Assembly (NCBI RefSeq): GCF_963921235.1
Contig: NC_086108.1
Coordinates: 49,602,001 to 49,666,000 of the forward strand
Origin: Mobula hypostoma
Taxonomy: Eukaryota
Reading direction: 5' to 3'
DNA: 64,000 bases
The translations under genes and the position numbers were made by a program. Under the pieces are notes generated by a model. That model had not been told where the DNA came from, made no database searches, and was given only the letters and a program-made list of their open reading frames with translations. Of the stretch, positions 48,446-62,804 are shown piece after piece (the first letter of the stretch is position 1; each line of letters opens with the position of its first letter).

Positions 48446-49683
48446 TCAATCTCACTGGCTCTCCACATGGCTTTAGACCACCTGGACAACACAAACACCG
48501 ATGTCAGGATGCTGTTCATCGACTATAGCTGAGTATTTAATACCGTCATTCCCACAATCCTGATTGAGAAGTTGCAGAACCTGGACCTCTGTACCTCCCT
48601 CTGCAATTGAATCCTCAACTTCCTAACCGGAAGACCACAATCTGTGCGGATTGGTGATAACATCTCCTCCTTGCTGACTATCAACACTGGCGCACCTCAG
48701 GGGTGTGTGCTTCGCCCACTGCTCTACTCTCCGTATACACATGACTGTGTGGCTAGGTATAGCTCAAATACCATCTATAAATTTGCTGATGATACATCCA
48801 TTGTTGTCAGGTGGCGATGAGAGGGCGTACAGGAGTGAGACCTGCCAACTAGTGGAGTGGTGCCACAGCAGCAACCTGGCACTCAACGTCAGTAAGACGA
48901 AAGAACTGATTGTGGACTTCAGGAAGGGTAAGACAAAGGAACACATACCAATCCTCATAGAGGGATCAGAAGTGGAGAGAGTGTACAGTTTCAAGTTCCT
49001 GGGTGGCAAGATCTCTGAGGATCTAACCTGGTCCCAACATATCGATGAAGTTATAAAGAAGGCAAGACAGCGACTGTACTTAATTAGGAGTTTGAAGAGA
49101 TATGGCATGTCAACAAATACACCCGAAAACCTCCATAGATGTATCGTGGAGAGCATTCTGATAGACTGCATCACTGTCTGGTATTGGGGGGGGGGCAGGG
49201 TGCGTACGCACAGGACTGAAAGGAGCTGCAGAGGGTTGTAAATCTAGTCAGTTCCATCTTGGGTACTAACCTACACTAACCTTCAGGGAGCGGTGTCTCA
49301 GAAAGGCAGCGCCCATTATTAAGGACTTCCAGCACCCAGGGCATGCCCTTTTCTCACTGTTACCATCAGGTAGGAGATACAGAAGCCTGAAGACACACAC
49401 TCAGTGATTCAGGAACAGCTTCTTCCCCTCTGCCATCCGATTCCTAAATGCATTGAACCCTTAGACAGTACCTCACTTTTTTTTATATACAGTATTTCCG
49501 TTTTTTGCAAGTTTTTAATCAATTCAATATACATATACTGTAATTGGTTTACTTACAGTATTTATTTATTATTATTTTATTTTATTTTTTTCCTCTTCTC
49601 TATTATGTATTGCATTGAACTGCTGCTGCTGAGTTAACAAACTTCACGCCACATGCCGGTGATAATAAACCTGATTCTGATTC
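48446..49683 (+). mobile_element. 5'-truncated Rex1/Babar-type LINE
   Basis: [45 protein letters not shown]; tail aataaacctgattctgattc. Confidence 0.88.
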
Positions 49684-52330
49684 GCATTCGCATTCTCATT
49701 CAGCATGTTAACTGGGGTTCCATGCTCAGAGACCAAAGCTCGGCAGACCAAACTGCAATCAGCCCCAAATCATCCAACTCTCACTGAAGGCAACTTTCCT
49801 CTTGTTGCAGATGAAGGAATTAATCTTTTGAAATCAGTGAGAGCCAGGATCAACAAGCCACAAAGATGGTGATCTCGATGTGCAATTAATGTGTGCTTGT
49901 TTAACATGCTGATTACATTCAACGTTGTGATGTTCGCCAAGCCTGGCAATTAACTCGCAGGCATTTCATCATCAGTTGAGGTGACATTGATGCTGAAAGT
50001 GCCGCCCCCGCATTCTCCCTGACAACTGAATATCCTCTGTTAGGTTTTTTTAATGTAGCATTGCTGTCAACCTACAACTTTCCTATGCAGGTTGTTGTAA
50101 AGACCTCATCAGAAACCTCTGCGGGAGAATACCCGCACAATTTCTCCCTCTGGCAGTCTGGCAACACCCTGTCCTACTTGCAGGCCACATAGGCCCAATG
50201 TTTCTACATACATGGGGCCTATTTCTATGCTGTTCATTCCCTCACCATGTGCTCATGGTTGTGATGGTGAGAAAGAGAAATAGGTTTGAGATTTAGCTTC
50301 AGCCTCTCTACTGGCCACATCTGAGGTACCATCTTCTCCATGGAAATTGTATCTGCAGCTGTTCCTGCCCGTTATGGGCCAATATTTTGTCAGTAAGTTC
50401 CTGCAGTGTGTTGGGTGACATGGTTGTCAGGTGTGTGCAAATGATGGGATGAAGGCAAGGTGTTGTACATTGTTATGAATGAATGAGACCTAATTGAGAT
50501 TGCTGATGGAGTATGGTACTGTCTCTATATTCAGCAAGAAGTTTGAGTGTGGCTGGTTGGATATGGCATTTGAAGATAGAGCTATCTGTGTGTAATGATG
50601 TGTGCTGACTTAAATTTAGTGGGTTGTCACTGTGTTACACAGCTATAGTTGCAAAACTGTACCAAGCCTGCTGATTGACTGAAGACCAACTGCTTCAAAT
50701 AATTTTTTTGTGTGTACGTAATCTTCTCAGTCATGCTGACTTTGTCTGAATCATGAACACAGGGACCTCTTGAAGCATTATATCCAGGATGTTGCCTTGA
50801 AAGCTGGCATTGACATCCATAGCAACCAGCTCCTGTGTCAGTACAAAGCTTGTCTCCTCCCATGCATCTTCTCTTATAAGGGCTCAGGTGCTGTGTACAT
50901 AAACCTTGCTGAATCCCATGTACTGTATAACATGATTACGCATTCCCCAGGGACTGTTAGCTACTGCTCCAATGACCTGCTCCTGGAAGAGATGTAGACT
51001 GATTTTAGGCGCTATAGACTAACTTAAGCCAAACACAAAAACTCTGTCATTGACCCCTTTGATGCATCCAATGATCACATTTCTCTCGTTGGCACTATCT
51101 AAATGCAGCAACCCTTGGCATGAACAAGCAAGGTGAGATCAGTTGGTGAATATTGGTAGCTAGGTTTGAGGCATTTGATGTTGCGGTGTTAACTACAGAA
51201 CTGAGAGCCCACTCTTTCCTCTGTGGAAGTGGGGACCAAATCTCCTCTCAAACTGAGGACAGAGCAGTACTTAATGCTGTCATTACCATTCCAACAAAAG
51301 CAGCAGTTTCCCTGCTGTCTGGCTACTGCAGTACAAGTTCAGACAGTTGCCATCATGGATTACCGTGTGTGAAATAACATGCAGGGAATCAGAGAAATCC
51401 AGCCAACGTCTGAGGCTGAGCTGAGTCATCCTCCTGGCGAAGCATGAACTTGGTGCCCCTCCACAAGGCACTATTAACAGTCTACCAGAGGATTTGCTAT
51501 TGCCAGCACAGACCTCTGCCGCCTGGCTAGACAATGTATAATCCACTGCTCATTCTTCCGGGCCTGCAGCAGCTTGATGTCATCCCTCGGGGCTATCAGC
51601 AGTCTGCTCTACCAGACATGCTCCAACCATACAAGGAGAATCACTGAGACAGGCAGAAGTGCATCGATTGTGTGATACTTTGACAGTGTACAGTGGAAAG
51701 AAATTTCATTTACCAACGTTGCTTAGGATATTGATTTTGTGTTTGTTTTTAAGTCCAAAAGTGATGAAGCAGATGCTATAAAAGGTCAATAACTCTGATA
51801 AGAAGTACTTAAACAAAAATAGTTCCCTTTGAATTGAGAGCTTCCATTACAGACAAGCAAGTGGCAAACACATAGGTGCTGAAGCATCTCCAGCTCCAGC
51901 ATAGAAGGTGAAGCCACTTACATCATCTAGCAGACTTTAGGGATGCCTTCCTTACAAAAGTTATGCCACACATTGAGTTTCCTACCTGACGAACAATCTC
52001 TCAAATTCCTGGCCTTCAGGCTGAAGGCCTTCCTCCGTTTTGTGCCCAATGTGCCTTCTGCTCATGCTAGATTCCAAGGAGAATGAGGACTAATATATAC
52101 AGGTGTGGTGCCAACAATCAAGTTGGCAATATGTGCATTTGCACCATTCACATATCACAGGATTGAAAGTTAAACCATTTCTAGAAAGTAGAAAATACTT
52201 GGGACTGTAGCAAATGCAAGCAGGAATGAAACAGCAGATAAATTATGAGTGATGGATCATCCCTTTAAGTAACACTGATATGAGGTTCTTCCTGCAGCTG
52301 AAACCATGTTGAGCCATTCGAAGAGGATTA

Positions 52331-52837
52331 CAGTTGTCCCCCGCTTTCTGAACGTTCTCTTTACGACATTTCGCTTTTACGAAAGACCTACATTAGTACC
52401 TGTTTTCGTTAACCGAAAGAGGATTTCCGCTTTTACGAAAAAAGACGCTCGCTTTAAACTCGTGTTTACCCTGAGAAAGAGTACCATGACCATGAAGCCT
52501 TACGCAGGCAGGTGTGTGCACATGCATGACGTGCAAATGCGTGTACGTGTCAATTTTTTCAACAAATCGATTTTGGCTCAAATTTCCCGATTCTGTTAAG
52601 TGAATACTACACTGTACATACATTATTTCTGCTTTATATAGGCTGTGTTTATCATATCATTCCTGCTTTCACTATATGTTAGTGTTATTTTAGGTTTTAT
52701 GTGCTATTTGGTATGATTTGGTAGGTTATTTTTTGGGTCCATATAAATTAATGGTAATTGCTTCTTCACTTTACGCCATTTTGGCTTACGAATGGTTTCA
52801 TAGGAACGCTCTACATTCGCATAGCGGGGGAAACCTG
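52331..52837. mobile_element. Non-autonomous Tc1/mariner (Tigger/pogo-like) DNA transposon
   Basis: Imperfect TIRs CAGTTGTCCCCCGCT / AGCGGGGGAAACCTG, flanked by TA at 52329-52330 and 52838-52839. Confidence 0.8.
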
Positions 52838-53358
52838 TAGACATCAAAAATGGTGTTGTCTCAAATCATTGTTCCTCTTCTCTCTTCAGTATTAGATCCC
52901 TAATACCCTTCCCCATTACAACATCTGATTCATCCAAAAACATGAATTGGAACCTCTAAGTCTAGATGAAATGAAGTATCTAATCATTGGGCATTAGACA
53001 CTCCAGAGTTCTGAGAGTTTGCAACTTATTTACTTAGTGGAAGTAGCTTTCTCAGCATTGGGGTCATTTAGAACGCAAGGCTTGACAAACTACATTAACA
53101 GCCTATGGCAAGCAGGTGTATGTTTTTTAATAATCATTCATTCTGCACATAGCCTGAACGTAGGACCTCAACAATATGTGAAACTGTTTCGTCCACAGTG
53201 CTATCTCGCAGTCTGAGGACATCCAATGGGAAATCATGTCGAGGATCCTGGTATTGAGTCAGTGTTTTTATAGACACCATTCTCATAATTACAATATTTC
53301 TTAAAAGTAAAATTGAGAAATTTAACACAAAAGGTCAGATGGAAATTATTACACTCAC

Positions 53359-53403
53359 CAATCTCTTCATATCTCATTGCTGTACCCAGGTTCGCATTTT
53401 CAT
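53359..53403 (-). CDS. NMNAT2: NMNAT2 exon 7 equivalent (DENANLGTAMRYEEI)
   Basis: ttcAG acceptor, G|gtgagt donor, 45 bp. Matches human DENANLGTVMRYEEI. Confidence 0.95.
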
Positions 53404-53999
53404 CTGAAGCAGAGATACAATCAATGAAAGACTGATTTGAAAGATTGTTTGCATTAAAAATAATGATCCTTCTGCAATCTATTGCCTATGGACAAATGCC
53501 TCAGATAATGTATGGGTAATGCAGATTTATCCATTCTTCTTGTACTCCCAACAAGAGAAATGTGTAGTAGGGAACTGGCCTCAGTGCTTTAAAGTTACAT
53601 TCTCAAACAAGTGTTCATTGGTCTCAAGGGCTCACCCACCTATAGTCAGCTCCCTCTGTTTTTACTGATCACATACTTTTCCTCGCATCCCTTGGCTTCC
53701 CGGACTTCACTAATCTTGGTTCTCAGAGTTTAAACTCCTAATCCTCATTACTCACATACTGCTGATTTCAGACACAACTCCTGTCCATCTAGTTTTGAAT
53801 CAAACTTTGCCAGCTTGGTTTTCAACTGCATTGATTATCGGCAGCTGGGTATGTGACTTCTTGATAAATTGGTGAATATTTTGAAAGCATGGTACTTTGT
53901 AAGGCAAGACTGAAATCAATCAAACCTCCGGTGCAGAATCAAATATGTAGGTAGGAGTTTCAGTAAACTTCTAGAAAGTTGTTTATAAGGCTTATTGGA

Positions 54000-54660
54000 G
54001 GAGGTGTGAATAAATAATATTGATTAAGTGCAAATCTACATAAGTACATCGGCTGCAGAAAGTAATAATGCAGGTGTAGGAAATGGTATGTTGGTTGTCG
54101 GAGAGATACTCTAGGTTGTAATTATGGAAGCAAGGATGACTTGCTATAATTATGCTGACCTTGGTGAAATCATGCCAGCAGAATTATCTGTAGATTTGGT
54201 CTCTAACAGTCGATACGGTGTACTTGCCTTAGACAGAATGTAACAAAGGTTCATCAGATTTATTTCCAGGATAACATCACCGTATGAGAAGCGATTATGG
54301 GATTAGGTTTGTATTCATTTGAGTTTAGAAGAATGAGAGGGGATCTAACTAAAATTTACAACATTCTGACAAGGCTGGACTGATGCAAGACAATTTTTCT
54401 CCTGACTGGAATGTCTAGAAGTGAGGGGGCAGGGGAAGAGTGTTAACTATCTCAGATTACCAGACATGAGATTTAGTACTCAGACCTGGAGGAAGTGATG
54501 AACCTATGGAATCCACTGTCACAGGGGGCAGTAGAGGCCAAGTAGTTGAATATATTTAAGGATACAGATAAATTTCCTTGGACCAAAAGGCATTAAGAAA
54601 CATTGGGAAGTACGAGCAATGTGTTGAGGTTGACGATCAGCCTTGATTGTATTGAATGAC
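54000..54660 (+). mobile_element. Heavily decayed CR1 3' fragment
   Basis: gtattcatttgagtttagaagaatgagaggggatcta (YSFEFRRMRGDL). Confidence 0.7.
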
Positions 54661-54741
54661 CTCAACACCTCTTTCCTATCAGCTAAAATGAATGTCAGAG
54701 CAATTTCCCATTCTGCATTACTGGCAAATACTATTATAATA

Positions 54742-57290
54742 CTGGCCATATTACTTGCCAAGGGAAATCTCGCATGCAATTGTGGTTGTTGTGTACATCC
54801 CTCCCTCTGCCAACCCGACGTCAGCGTGTAACATCATTTACACCATCATAGCCAGATTACAAACCCAGCACCCGAGTGTCCTCATTACCATCTCGGGTGA
54901 CTTCAACCATGTTACCATGGTTAGAACACTGCCCAACTTCACGCAGTATGTGAGCTGTACAACCAGAGGGGGGAGGACTCTGGATTTGATGTACGCTAAT
55001 GTTAAGGATGCATAAAGCTCCTCTCCCCTCCCCCCACTGGGAAGGTCAGATCACAACCTGGTGCATCTAAAACCCTGCTACGTGCCTCTGGTGAAGAGTA
55101 AACCTGCAACCTCGAGGACAGTGAGAAAATGGTCGGAGGAGGCTTATGAGGCGCTCCAGGGTTGCTTTGAGGTGACAGACTGGCAGGCACTCTGTGAGCC
55201 ACATGGAGAGGATATTGATGGGCTCACAGAGTGCATCACCGATTACATCAACTTCTGTGTGGACTGCAATGTTCCGACAAGAACTGTCTTTTGTTATTCA
55301 AATAATAAGCCATGGGTGACAAAGGACATTAAGGACATCAAGGACATCCTGAACACCAAAAAGAGGGTGTTAAGAGATGGAAATAGGGAGGAGCTGAGGG
55401 CAATACAGAGGGAACTGAAAGCCAGGTTCAGGGAGGCTTGAGTGGAAACTCCAGCAGAACAACATGAGAGAGGTCTGGAGGGGGATGAGGACCATCACTG
55501 GGTTCCGGCAAACTAGCAACAGAGGAGCGGAAGGCAGTGTGGACAGGGCCAATGAACTTAACCTGTTCTTTAACAGATTTGACATTGAAGCCCCTGCCCA
55601 TCGCCCACATGAGTCATCTGTTGTCGGCCCCCAACCAACACATATTCCACTCTCCCCTCCTACCCCTCCTCACAGTCCCTGACCCTGCTCTTATGACTAT
55701 ACCCCTTCCCCACACGAAACCACCATGGTGGGCTTCACAGCTGAACAGGTGAGAAGACAGCTGAAACGTCTCAACCCAAGCAAGGCTGCAGGACCGGATG
55801 GTGTCAGTACCAGGGTGCTCAAAGCCTGTGCCCCTCAGCTATGTGGAGTACTTCGCCATGTCTTCAACCTGAGCCTGAGGCTCCAGAGGGTTCCTGTGCT
55901 GTGGAAGACATCCTGCCTCGTCCCTGTGCCGAAGACGCCGCGCCCCAGCGGCCTCAATGACTACAGACCGGTGGCATTGACCTCCCACATCTTGAAGACC
56001 CTGGAGAGACTTGTTCTGGAGCTGCTCCGGCCTATTGTTAGGCCACACTTAGATCCCCTCCAGTTCGCCTACCAGCCCCGACTAGGAGTTGAGGATGCCA
56101 TCGTCTACCTGCTGAACCGTGTCTATGCCCACCTGGACAAGCCAGCAAGCACTGTGAGGGTCATGTTTTTTGACTTCTCCAGTGCGTTCAACACCATCCG
56201 CCCTGCTCTGCTGCGGGAGAAGCTGACAGCGATGCAGGTGGATGCTTTCCTGGTGTCATGGATTCTTGATTACCTGACTGGCAGACCACAGTACGTGTGC
56301 TTGCAAGACTGTGTGTCCGACAGAGTGATCAGCAGCACTGGGGCTCCACAGGGGACTGTCTTGTCTCCCTTTTTCTTCACCATTTACATCTTGAACTTCA
56401 ACTACTGCATAGAGTCTTGTCATCTTCAGAAGTTTTCGGATGACTCTGCCATAGCTGGATGCATCAGCAAGGGAGATGAGGCTGAGTACAGGGCTACGGT
56501 AGGAAACTTTGTCACATGGTCTGAGTAGAATTATCTGCAGCTTAATGTGAAAAAGACTAAGGAGCTGGTGGTAGACCTGAGGAGAGCTAAGGTACCAGTG
56601 ACCCCTGTTTCCATCCAGGGGGTCAGGGTGGACATAGTGGAGGATTACAAATACCTGGGGATACAAATTGACAATAAACTGGACTGGTCAAAGAACACTG
56701 AGGCTGTCTACAAGAAGGGTCAGAGCCGTCTCTATTTCCTGAGGAGACTGAGGACCTTTAACATCCGCCGGACGATGCTGATGATGTTCTATGGGTCTGT
56801 GGTGGCCAGTGCTATCATGTTTGCTGTTGTGTGCTGGGGCAGCAGGCTGAGGGTAGCAGACACCAACAGAATCAACAAACTCATTCGTAAGGCCAGTGAT
56901 GTTGTGGGGATGGAACTGGACTCTCTGATGGTGGTGTCTGAAAAGAGGATGCCGTCCAAGTTGCATGCCATCTTGGACAATGTCTCCCATCCACTACATA
57001 ATGTACTGGCTGGGCACAGGAGTACATTCAGCCAGAGACTCATTCCACTGAGATGCAGCACAGAGCGTCATAGGAAGTCATTCCTGCCAGTGGCCATCAA
57101 ACTTTACAACTCCTCCCTTGGAGGGTTAGACACCCTGAGCCAATAGGCTGGTCCTGGACTTATTTCCAGCATAAATAATTTACATATTACTACTTAACTA
57201 TTTATGGTTTTATTACTACTTATTATTTATGGTGCAACTGTAATGAAAACCAATTTCCCCCGGGATCAATAAAGTATGACTATGACTACT
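54742..57290 (+). mobile_element. Young Rex1/Babar-type LINE (APE C-terminal part + RT), 5'-truncated, (TATGAC)n tail
   Basis: VYIPP/SGDFN/TLDL/SDH; ORF 55725-56528 KAAGPDGV...FFDFSSAFNTI...GAPQGTVLSP...KFSDD; 56547-57146 KTKELVVD; aataaagtatgactatgac. Confidence 0.93.
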
Positions 57291-58999
57291 AAAGCACAAA
57301 AACTCCCCGTTTATGTTTATGATAGAACAAAAGGGTGGTTTTGTTGTTATGATTATTATGAGATTTTTCAAATACTTTCTGATCCCTACATCCAGTGTGA
57401 AAATGAATATTGTAACTGAGTTTAGACATGGATATCACTGCAGCATCGTTTGACCTACACCACAGTTTTTCTTGTTACAGTTCAGTCTAATCTGTCAGTG
57501 TCTGTTGCATCAGAGGGAGAAAAGAATCTGCTCTGCTTCAGTATTGTGAGTGTGATGGGAAATTCATCACTTCTTATTAGACACGCTGGATCAAATCAGT
57601 TTTCTTCCTAGGTTCCAGAGCGCACATTTCGCAGCCAAACACAGCCTGTGCTTCAGCTGCTTCTGAACCTATTACACTTTTATCATCCAGTGTACCTTAC
57701 AGGAGTGAACCTGATGTTTAACATCATTTCGCAGGACGGCTCCTGCAGCTCTCTGAGGTGTATTCCTATAGCTCGATAACATTTGTGAGAAATTTAAACT
57801 CTTACTATCAGGCTGCTAGAATTGGCCTTTAATTTGATAATGCTCCATTGTGACGTCACTGGGACTATGCTACAAATTCTAAAAATGCGAAAATAAACCA
57901 CCCCCCAAAGGCCTGTCTTATAAAACTTGAACAAATCCAGAAATTTTACAATGGCATCAAATGATATCAAGATATAATTTTTATGATGCTTCTGTGAGCT
58001 TGACTTCCATAAAACCAGCAGCCAAAAGCTAATGCAATTTAATGCCCTGCTTTCAGTATTATATTAGACTGCAAAACCAAAACCAAAGCAATAAAAGGCT
58101 TTCCTTTGTTTGATAAATAGCATGGAAATGCTATTTAGGAATTTCACTTGGTGACCTAATCACAAGAAATCAGTACATTGATTGTGGATTGGCCAACTGC
58201 TTGCACTTTGGTTGAGATTTCAGTCAAAAGGCCGATAATATTTCTCTGAGGCTTATTGTCAGTCCTTAACTCACAACTGTCTGTTCTCCAAAATGCCTCC
58301 TTGTATATCACTGACTCGTCTCCATGGCAATAGTTAAGCAAATCAACAGCACACATTTCCTATTTTGTGTGGAATATTTTCTGAATATGTTGCTAATCTC
58401 AGTGGAATTGCTGAGTGAGTCAGAGGATGTGTTTCTTATATTAATAGGGACATTATGTTATGCTACTGCTTTCTCTTTCTCTGTTCTGGATATTCCTTCT
58501 ACCTTGAGTTCTTATTGATTGTAGTTCTAAAAATGATAAATAAATTTAGACTGTTAAAATACAGAATTGGGGGAACAGCTGGGATCATTTGGCAGAGTTG
58601 GGTAGGGAGAGGCAGATTTGGAGCACTAGGAAAATTATGGTAGATTATCAGTGAACCATGAGCAGGTTAATAGTACCTGTTCTGGCAGAATTTAGTTCAA
58701 CATTCTGCATGCCAACCATGCTCCAGGAAACTATTTATTTTCCTTTTCTAATTATCAAACCAATGATCTTTAACCATAATCACAAGACTTCATGTGCAAT
58801 AAAATCTCAAGAGCTAATTAAAAACACAGACAGCTTGGCAAAACACATTTCAGAATGAGTTTTTCATGATCTTGGAACTTTCAACTTGGCTCTGATTGTG
58901 TTTGGTGTTACTAGCACTGTAAGGTAATTTTGCATGCTGAAGTGCATATATGTTTGTCTGATGAGGAGTGTGACTTTATGCCAAAAAAGATGCACATAC

Positions 59000-59080
59000 C
59001 CACAAAGGTGAAGTGTTCAACGTGTGGGCGGACACAGCAGATTCTCCCAAGACTTTCGCTCACCTTCCCCAGGATTCGAA
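59000..59080 (-). CDS. NMNAT2: NMNAT2 exon 6 equivalent ([27 protein letters not shown])
   Basis: ttacAG acceptor, G|gtatgt donor, 81 bp, phase 1/1. Matches human [27 protein letters not shown]. Confidence 0.95.
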
Positions 59081-59175
59081 CTGTAAAGCAAATCCAATAG
59101 AAAACCGGTAAGTGAAAGGCAACTATAGACGTAGCTCAGTGGCAAACACAACATAGAAACAACAGCTTCATAGAA

Positions 59176-59520
59176 GAATCAGAATCAGGTTTAATATCCC
59201 GGCATGTGTCGTCAAATTTGTTAACTTAGCAGCAGTTCAATGCAATACATTATATACAAAAAAGTAAAAATAAATTAGTAAATCAATTACAGTATATTAT
59301 GTATATTGAACAGATTAAAATCGTGCAAAAACATAAATAATAAATATTAAGAAAGTTAAGTAGCATTCATGGGTTCAATGTCCATTTAGGAATTGGATGG
59401 CGGAGGGGAAGAAGCTGTTCCTGAATCGCTGAGTGTTTGCCTTCAGGCTTCTGTACCTCCTACCTGATGGTACCAGTGAGAAAAGGGCATGCTCTGGGTG
59501 CTGGAGGTCCTTAATAACGG
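59176..59520 (-). mobile_element. Rex1/Babar-type 3' tail fragment ~95 bp upstream of the NMNAT2 exon 6 acceptor
   Basis: agaatcagaatcaggtttaatatc...gaagaagctgttcctgaatc. Confidence 0.8.
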
Positions 59521-61335
59521 AAAGGGAATTCCAGAGGCAGGAGAGAGGTACCGGTCAAAGATGATTGTAAGGGGACCCTAGCAGGGATGACATCAGAACA
59601 GCAATGGCTGATGCTTTAGGGAGCAGGTCATAAGACGCAGGAGAGGTACATCCCAAGGATGAAGGAGTATTCTAAAAGGAAGATGATGCAACTACAGCTG
59701 ACAAGGGAAGTGAAGGACAGCATAAAAGCAAAAGAGAGGGCATATAATATGGCAAGATTAAGTGGGGAATTAGAGCATTAAGAAGCTTTTAAAAACCAAC
59801 AGTTGGTAACTGCAACAGCCGTAAGGAGAGAAGAGGTGAAATGTGAAGGTAGGCTAGCCAATAACAGAAAGGAGGATACCAAATTTTTTTTCTGAAATAT
59901 AACATAGAAGAGAGGTCAGAGTGTCTATTGGATCACTGGAATATGACACTGGAGAGGTAATAATGGGGACAAAGAAATGGCGGACGAACGTACTAAGTAT
60001 TTTATGTCAGTCTTCACTGTGGAAGGTAGTAGCAGTATGCCAGAAATTTGAGAGTGTCAGGGGACAGCAGTGAGTGTAGTTGCTATTACTTCAGAGAAGG
60101 TGCTTGGGAAGCTGAAAGGTTTGAAGGAAGATAATGACCTGGACTTGATTGACTACATGTATCTGAAAGAGTTAGCTGAAGAGATTGTGGAGACATTAGC
60201 AACGATCTTTCAAGAATCACTAGATTCTGGAATGGTTCTGCAGGACTGGAAAATGGTAAATGTCACTCCATTCTTCAAAAAGGAAGGAGACAGAAGAAAG
60301 GAAATTATAGGCCAGTTAGCCTGATTTCAGCGGTAGGGAGGATGATAAGGTCCATTACAAAGGATGAAATTTTGGAGTACTGTACTTGGAGTCATGTGGA
60401 GTCATAGGCCAAGTGCTGCACGTGAAGACATGAAGGTAGAGCCCATGGTATCACAGAAAAGTTACAATCACAGATAAGAGATTGGCTGACTGGCAGGAGG
60501 CAAAGAGTAGGAATAAAGGGAACCATTTCTGCTTGGCTGCCAGTGACAAGTGGTGGTCTGCAGGGTCCAATGTTGAGACCACTTCTTTTCGCATTATATG
60601 TCAATGTTTGAGTGCCAGAATTGATGGTCTGCTAATGATATGAAGAAAGGAGAGGGGTAAGCAGTGTTGAAGAAGCAGGAAGCCTGCAGAAGGACTTAGG
60701 CAGTTTGGGAGAATGGACAAAGAAGTGGCAGATGGAATATAGAGGAGGGAAGTGTATGGTCCTGCACTTTAGTAGAAGAAATATTGGTGTATACTATTTT
60801 CTAAAAGGGGAGAAAATTCTAAAATCAGATGTGCTTGCATTTTAATGGGTCCAGAGGAGGTTCACAAGAATGATTCCAGGAATTAAAGTGTTAATGTATG
60901 AGGAGCAATTGGTGGCTTTGGGCCTGTATTCACTGGGGTTTAGAAGAACGATGGGGATCTCACTGAAACCTATTGAATATTACAAAGGCCTAGATACAGT
61001 GGATGTGGAGAGGATATTTCCTATAGTGTGAGAGTCTATGACCAGAGGGCACAACCTCAGAATGGAGGGTTGTCCATTTAGAACAAAGTTGAGGAGGAAT
61101 TTCTTTAGCCAGAGGGTAGTGAATCTGTGGAATTCATTGCTACAGACAGCTGTGGAGACCAAGTCATTATGTATACTTAAAGCAGAGGTTGATAGGTTCT
61201 TGATTAGTCAGAGCATCAAAGGTTACGGGGAGAAGGCAGCAGAAAAGCGTCGAGAGGGATAATAAATCAGCCATGATTGAATGACAGAGCAAACTCGATG
61301 AACTGAATGGCCTAATTCTGTTTAATATCTTATGG
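59521..61335 (+). mobile_element. Decayed CR1 ORF2 and 3' end with internal deletions
   Basis: EKVLGKLKGLK...DWKMVNVTPFFKK; TRGHNLRMEGCPFRT. Confidence 0.85.
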
Positions 61336-61799
61336 TGTATCTTAATCTGCATTCAATCAACAATAAAACAATCTTTACATGAATTGTTTTAGTGGATGGT
61401 AAATGTGGTCAGGTTGTAAAGAGCTTTTTATTTCCCAATTAACACTATGTCAATATCTTTTAGAAATTATTCTGCTCCCTAAATTGAACAGAAGTTGAAA
61501 CTGTTCTTAATAAAACAATGGAACTTTGACAGAAAAAAAGGACTTTGAAAGACTGATTGGGAGAAGTTGTTTTCAGGTAAAGGGATTTCTGGCAAGTGTG
61601 AAGCTTTTAAAAGTGAGAAAATGAGAAGTCAGGGATGAGAAGGTTAGAAAAATGAATGAAGCAGAAATGTCAGTGACGGGTAGCTGGGATTGAGCAAGTA
61701 CCTTGGAGAGTGTAAGTGATGTAGGAGCGCACTCAAGAGGGAAATGTGGAGGACAGGAGACAGCTTTGGCAGAAAAGGCAAAGGAGAATCACAAAATAT

Positions 61800-62410
61800 T
61801 TTATCAGAGCAAAAGGCCTGATCCAGCACTGATCCCTGCACCATACTGCTAATCACAGACCTCCAGTCCAGATGAGAATGGAGTTGCATGGCTGCTAAGT
61901 TTGCAGACAACACCAAAATTGGCAGTACACTGGGCAGTGAAGTTTACCATAGACAAGCGCAAAGTGTTGCATTTTAGGAATAACTCAGGAAGTTAAGCCA
62001 GAGCACAAGTTGCACAGTAAAAGGCAGGACCCTGAAGTGTATTGTAGATTAGGAAGACCTAGGTGTAAAGGGGTGTATAGGTAGAAAGTTCCCTGTAAGT
62101 GGTGACACAGATTAGATTGGGTAGTGTGGAAGGTGTTGGGGCATTTGTCTTGCTCCGTCTGTTAGGGCATTGAATAGAAGGGCTGGGATGTCATGTTACA
62201 GTTGTACAAAGCACAGGGGAGAATGCACTTGTGCAGTTCCCATCACCTAACTATTTGAAGGACGCCATGAAGCTAGAAAAGGAGCAGAGAACTTCACAAG
62301 GATGTTACTAGGACTGGAGGGCTAGAGTTATCAGTAGAAACGGCACAGCCTAGGGCTTTTTTCCTGGAGTGTAGGAAGTGTAACCTTACAGATATATATA
62401 AAACATTCAG
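61800..62410 (+). mobile_element. Heavily decayed CR1 RT fragment (with a small inverted piece at ~61810-61875)
   Basis: gctaagtttgcagacaacaccaaaattggc (AKFADNTKIG). Confidence 0.65.
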
Positions 62411-62804
62411 GGGCTATCAAAAACAGAATAAACCTTGGAATTCCACAGTGCATGTGACACAGAACTGTGTGGGGCACAAATTAATCTTCAGATAGTGAAA
62501 CAAAACTGATTGTTCTTTTGGCACTCTGAGAAATAAAATCAAGTGGTTTAATGAGCTGCTGACTGACCACTAGCTGGTACACACAACCACTTAAATTGAA
62601 TTTATATCCCAGTATTTGATTGGACCACAGAGGAAAGTTTCGTTATATGCATGATGAGTCTTTAGCTTGTGAGTTGAGTTTCTAACCTTTAGACTGGTTT
62701 TGGCTCTCAATCATCTTTCCGTGTATGTGGTTCACTTTGTCCTAACAGCTATATACAGCCATTGTTCAGTAGCAGAATACAATTACACCCGAAAGGGGGT
62801 AAAG

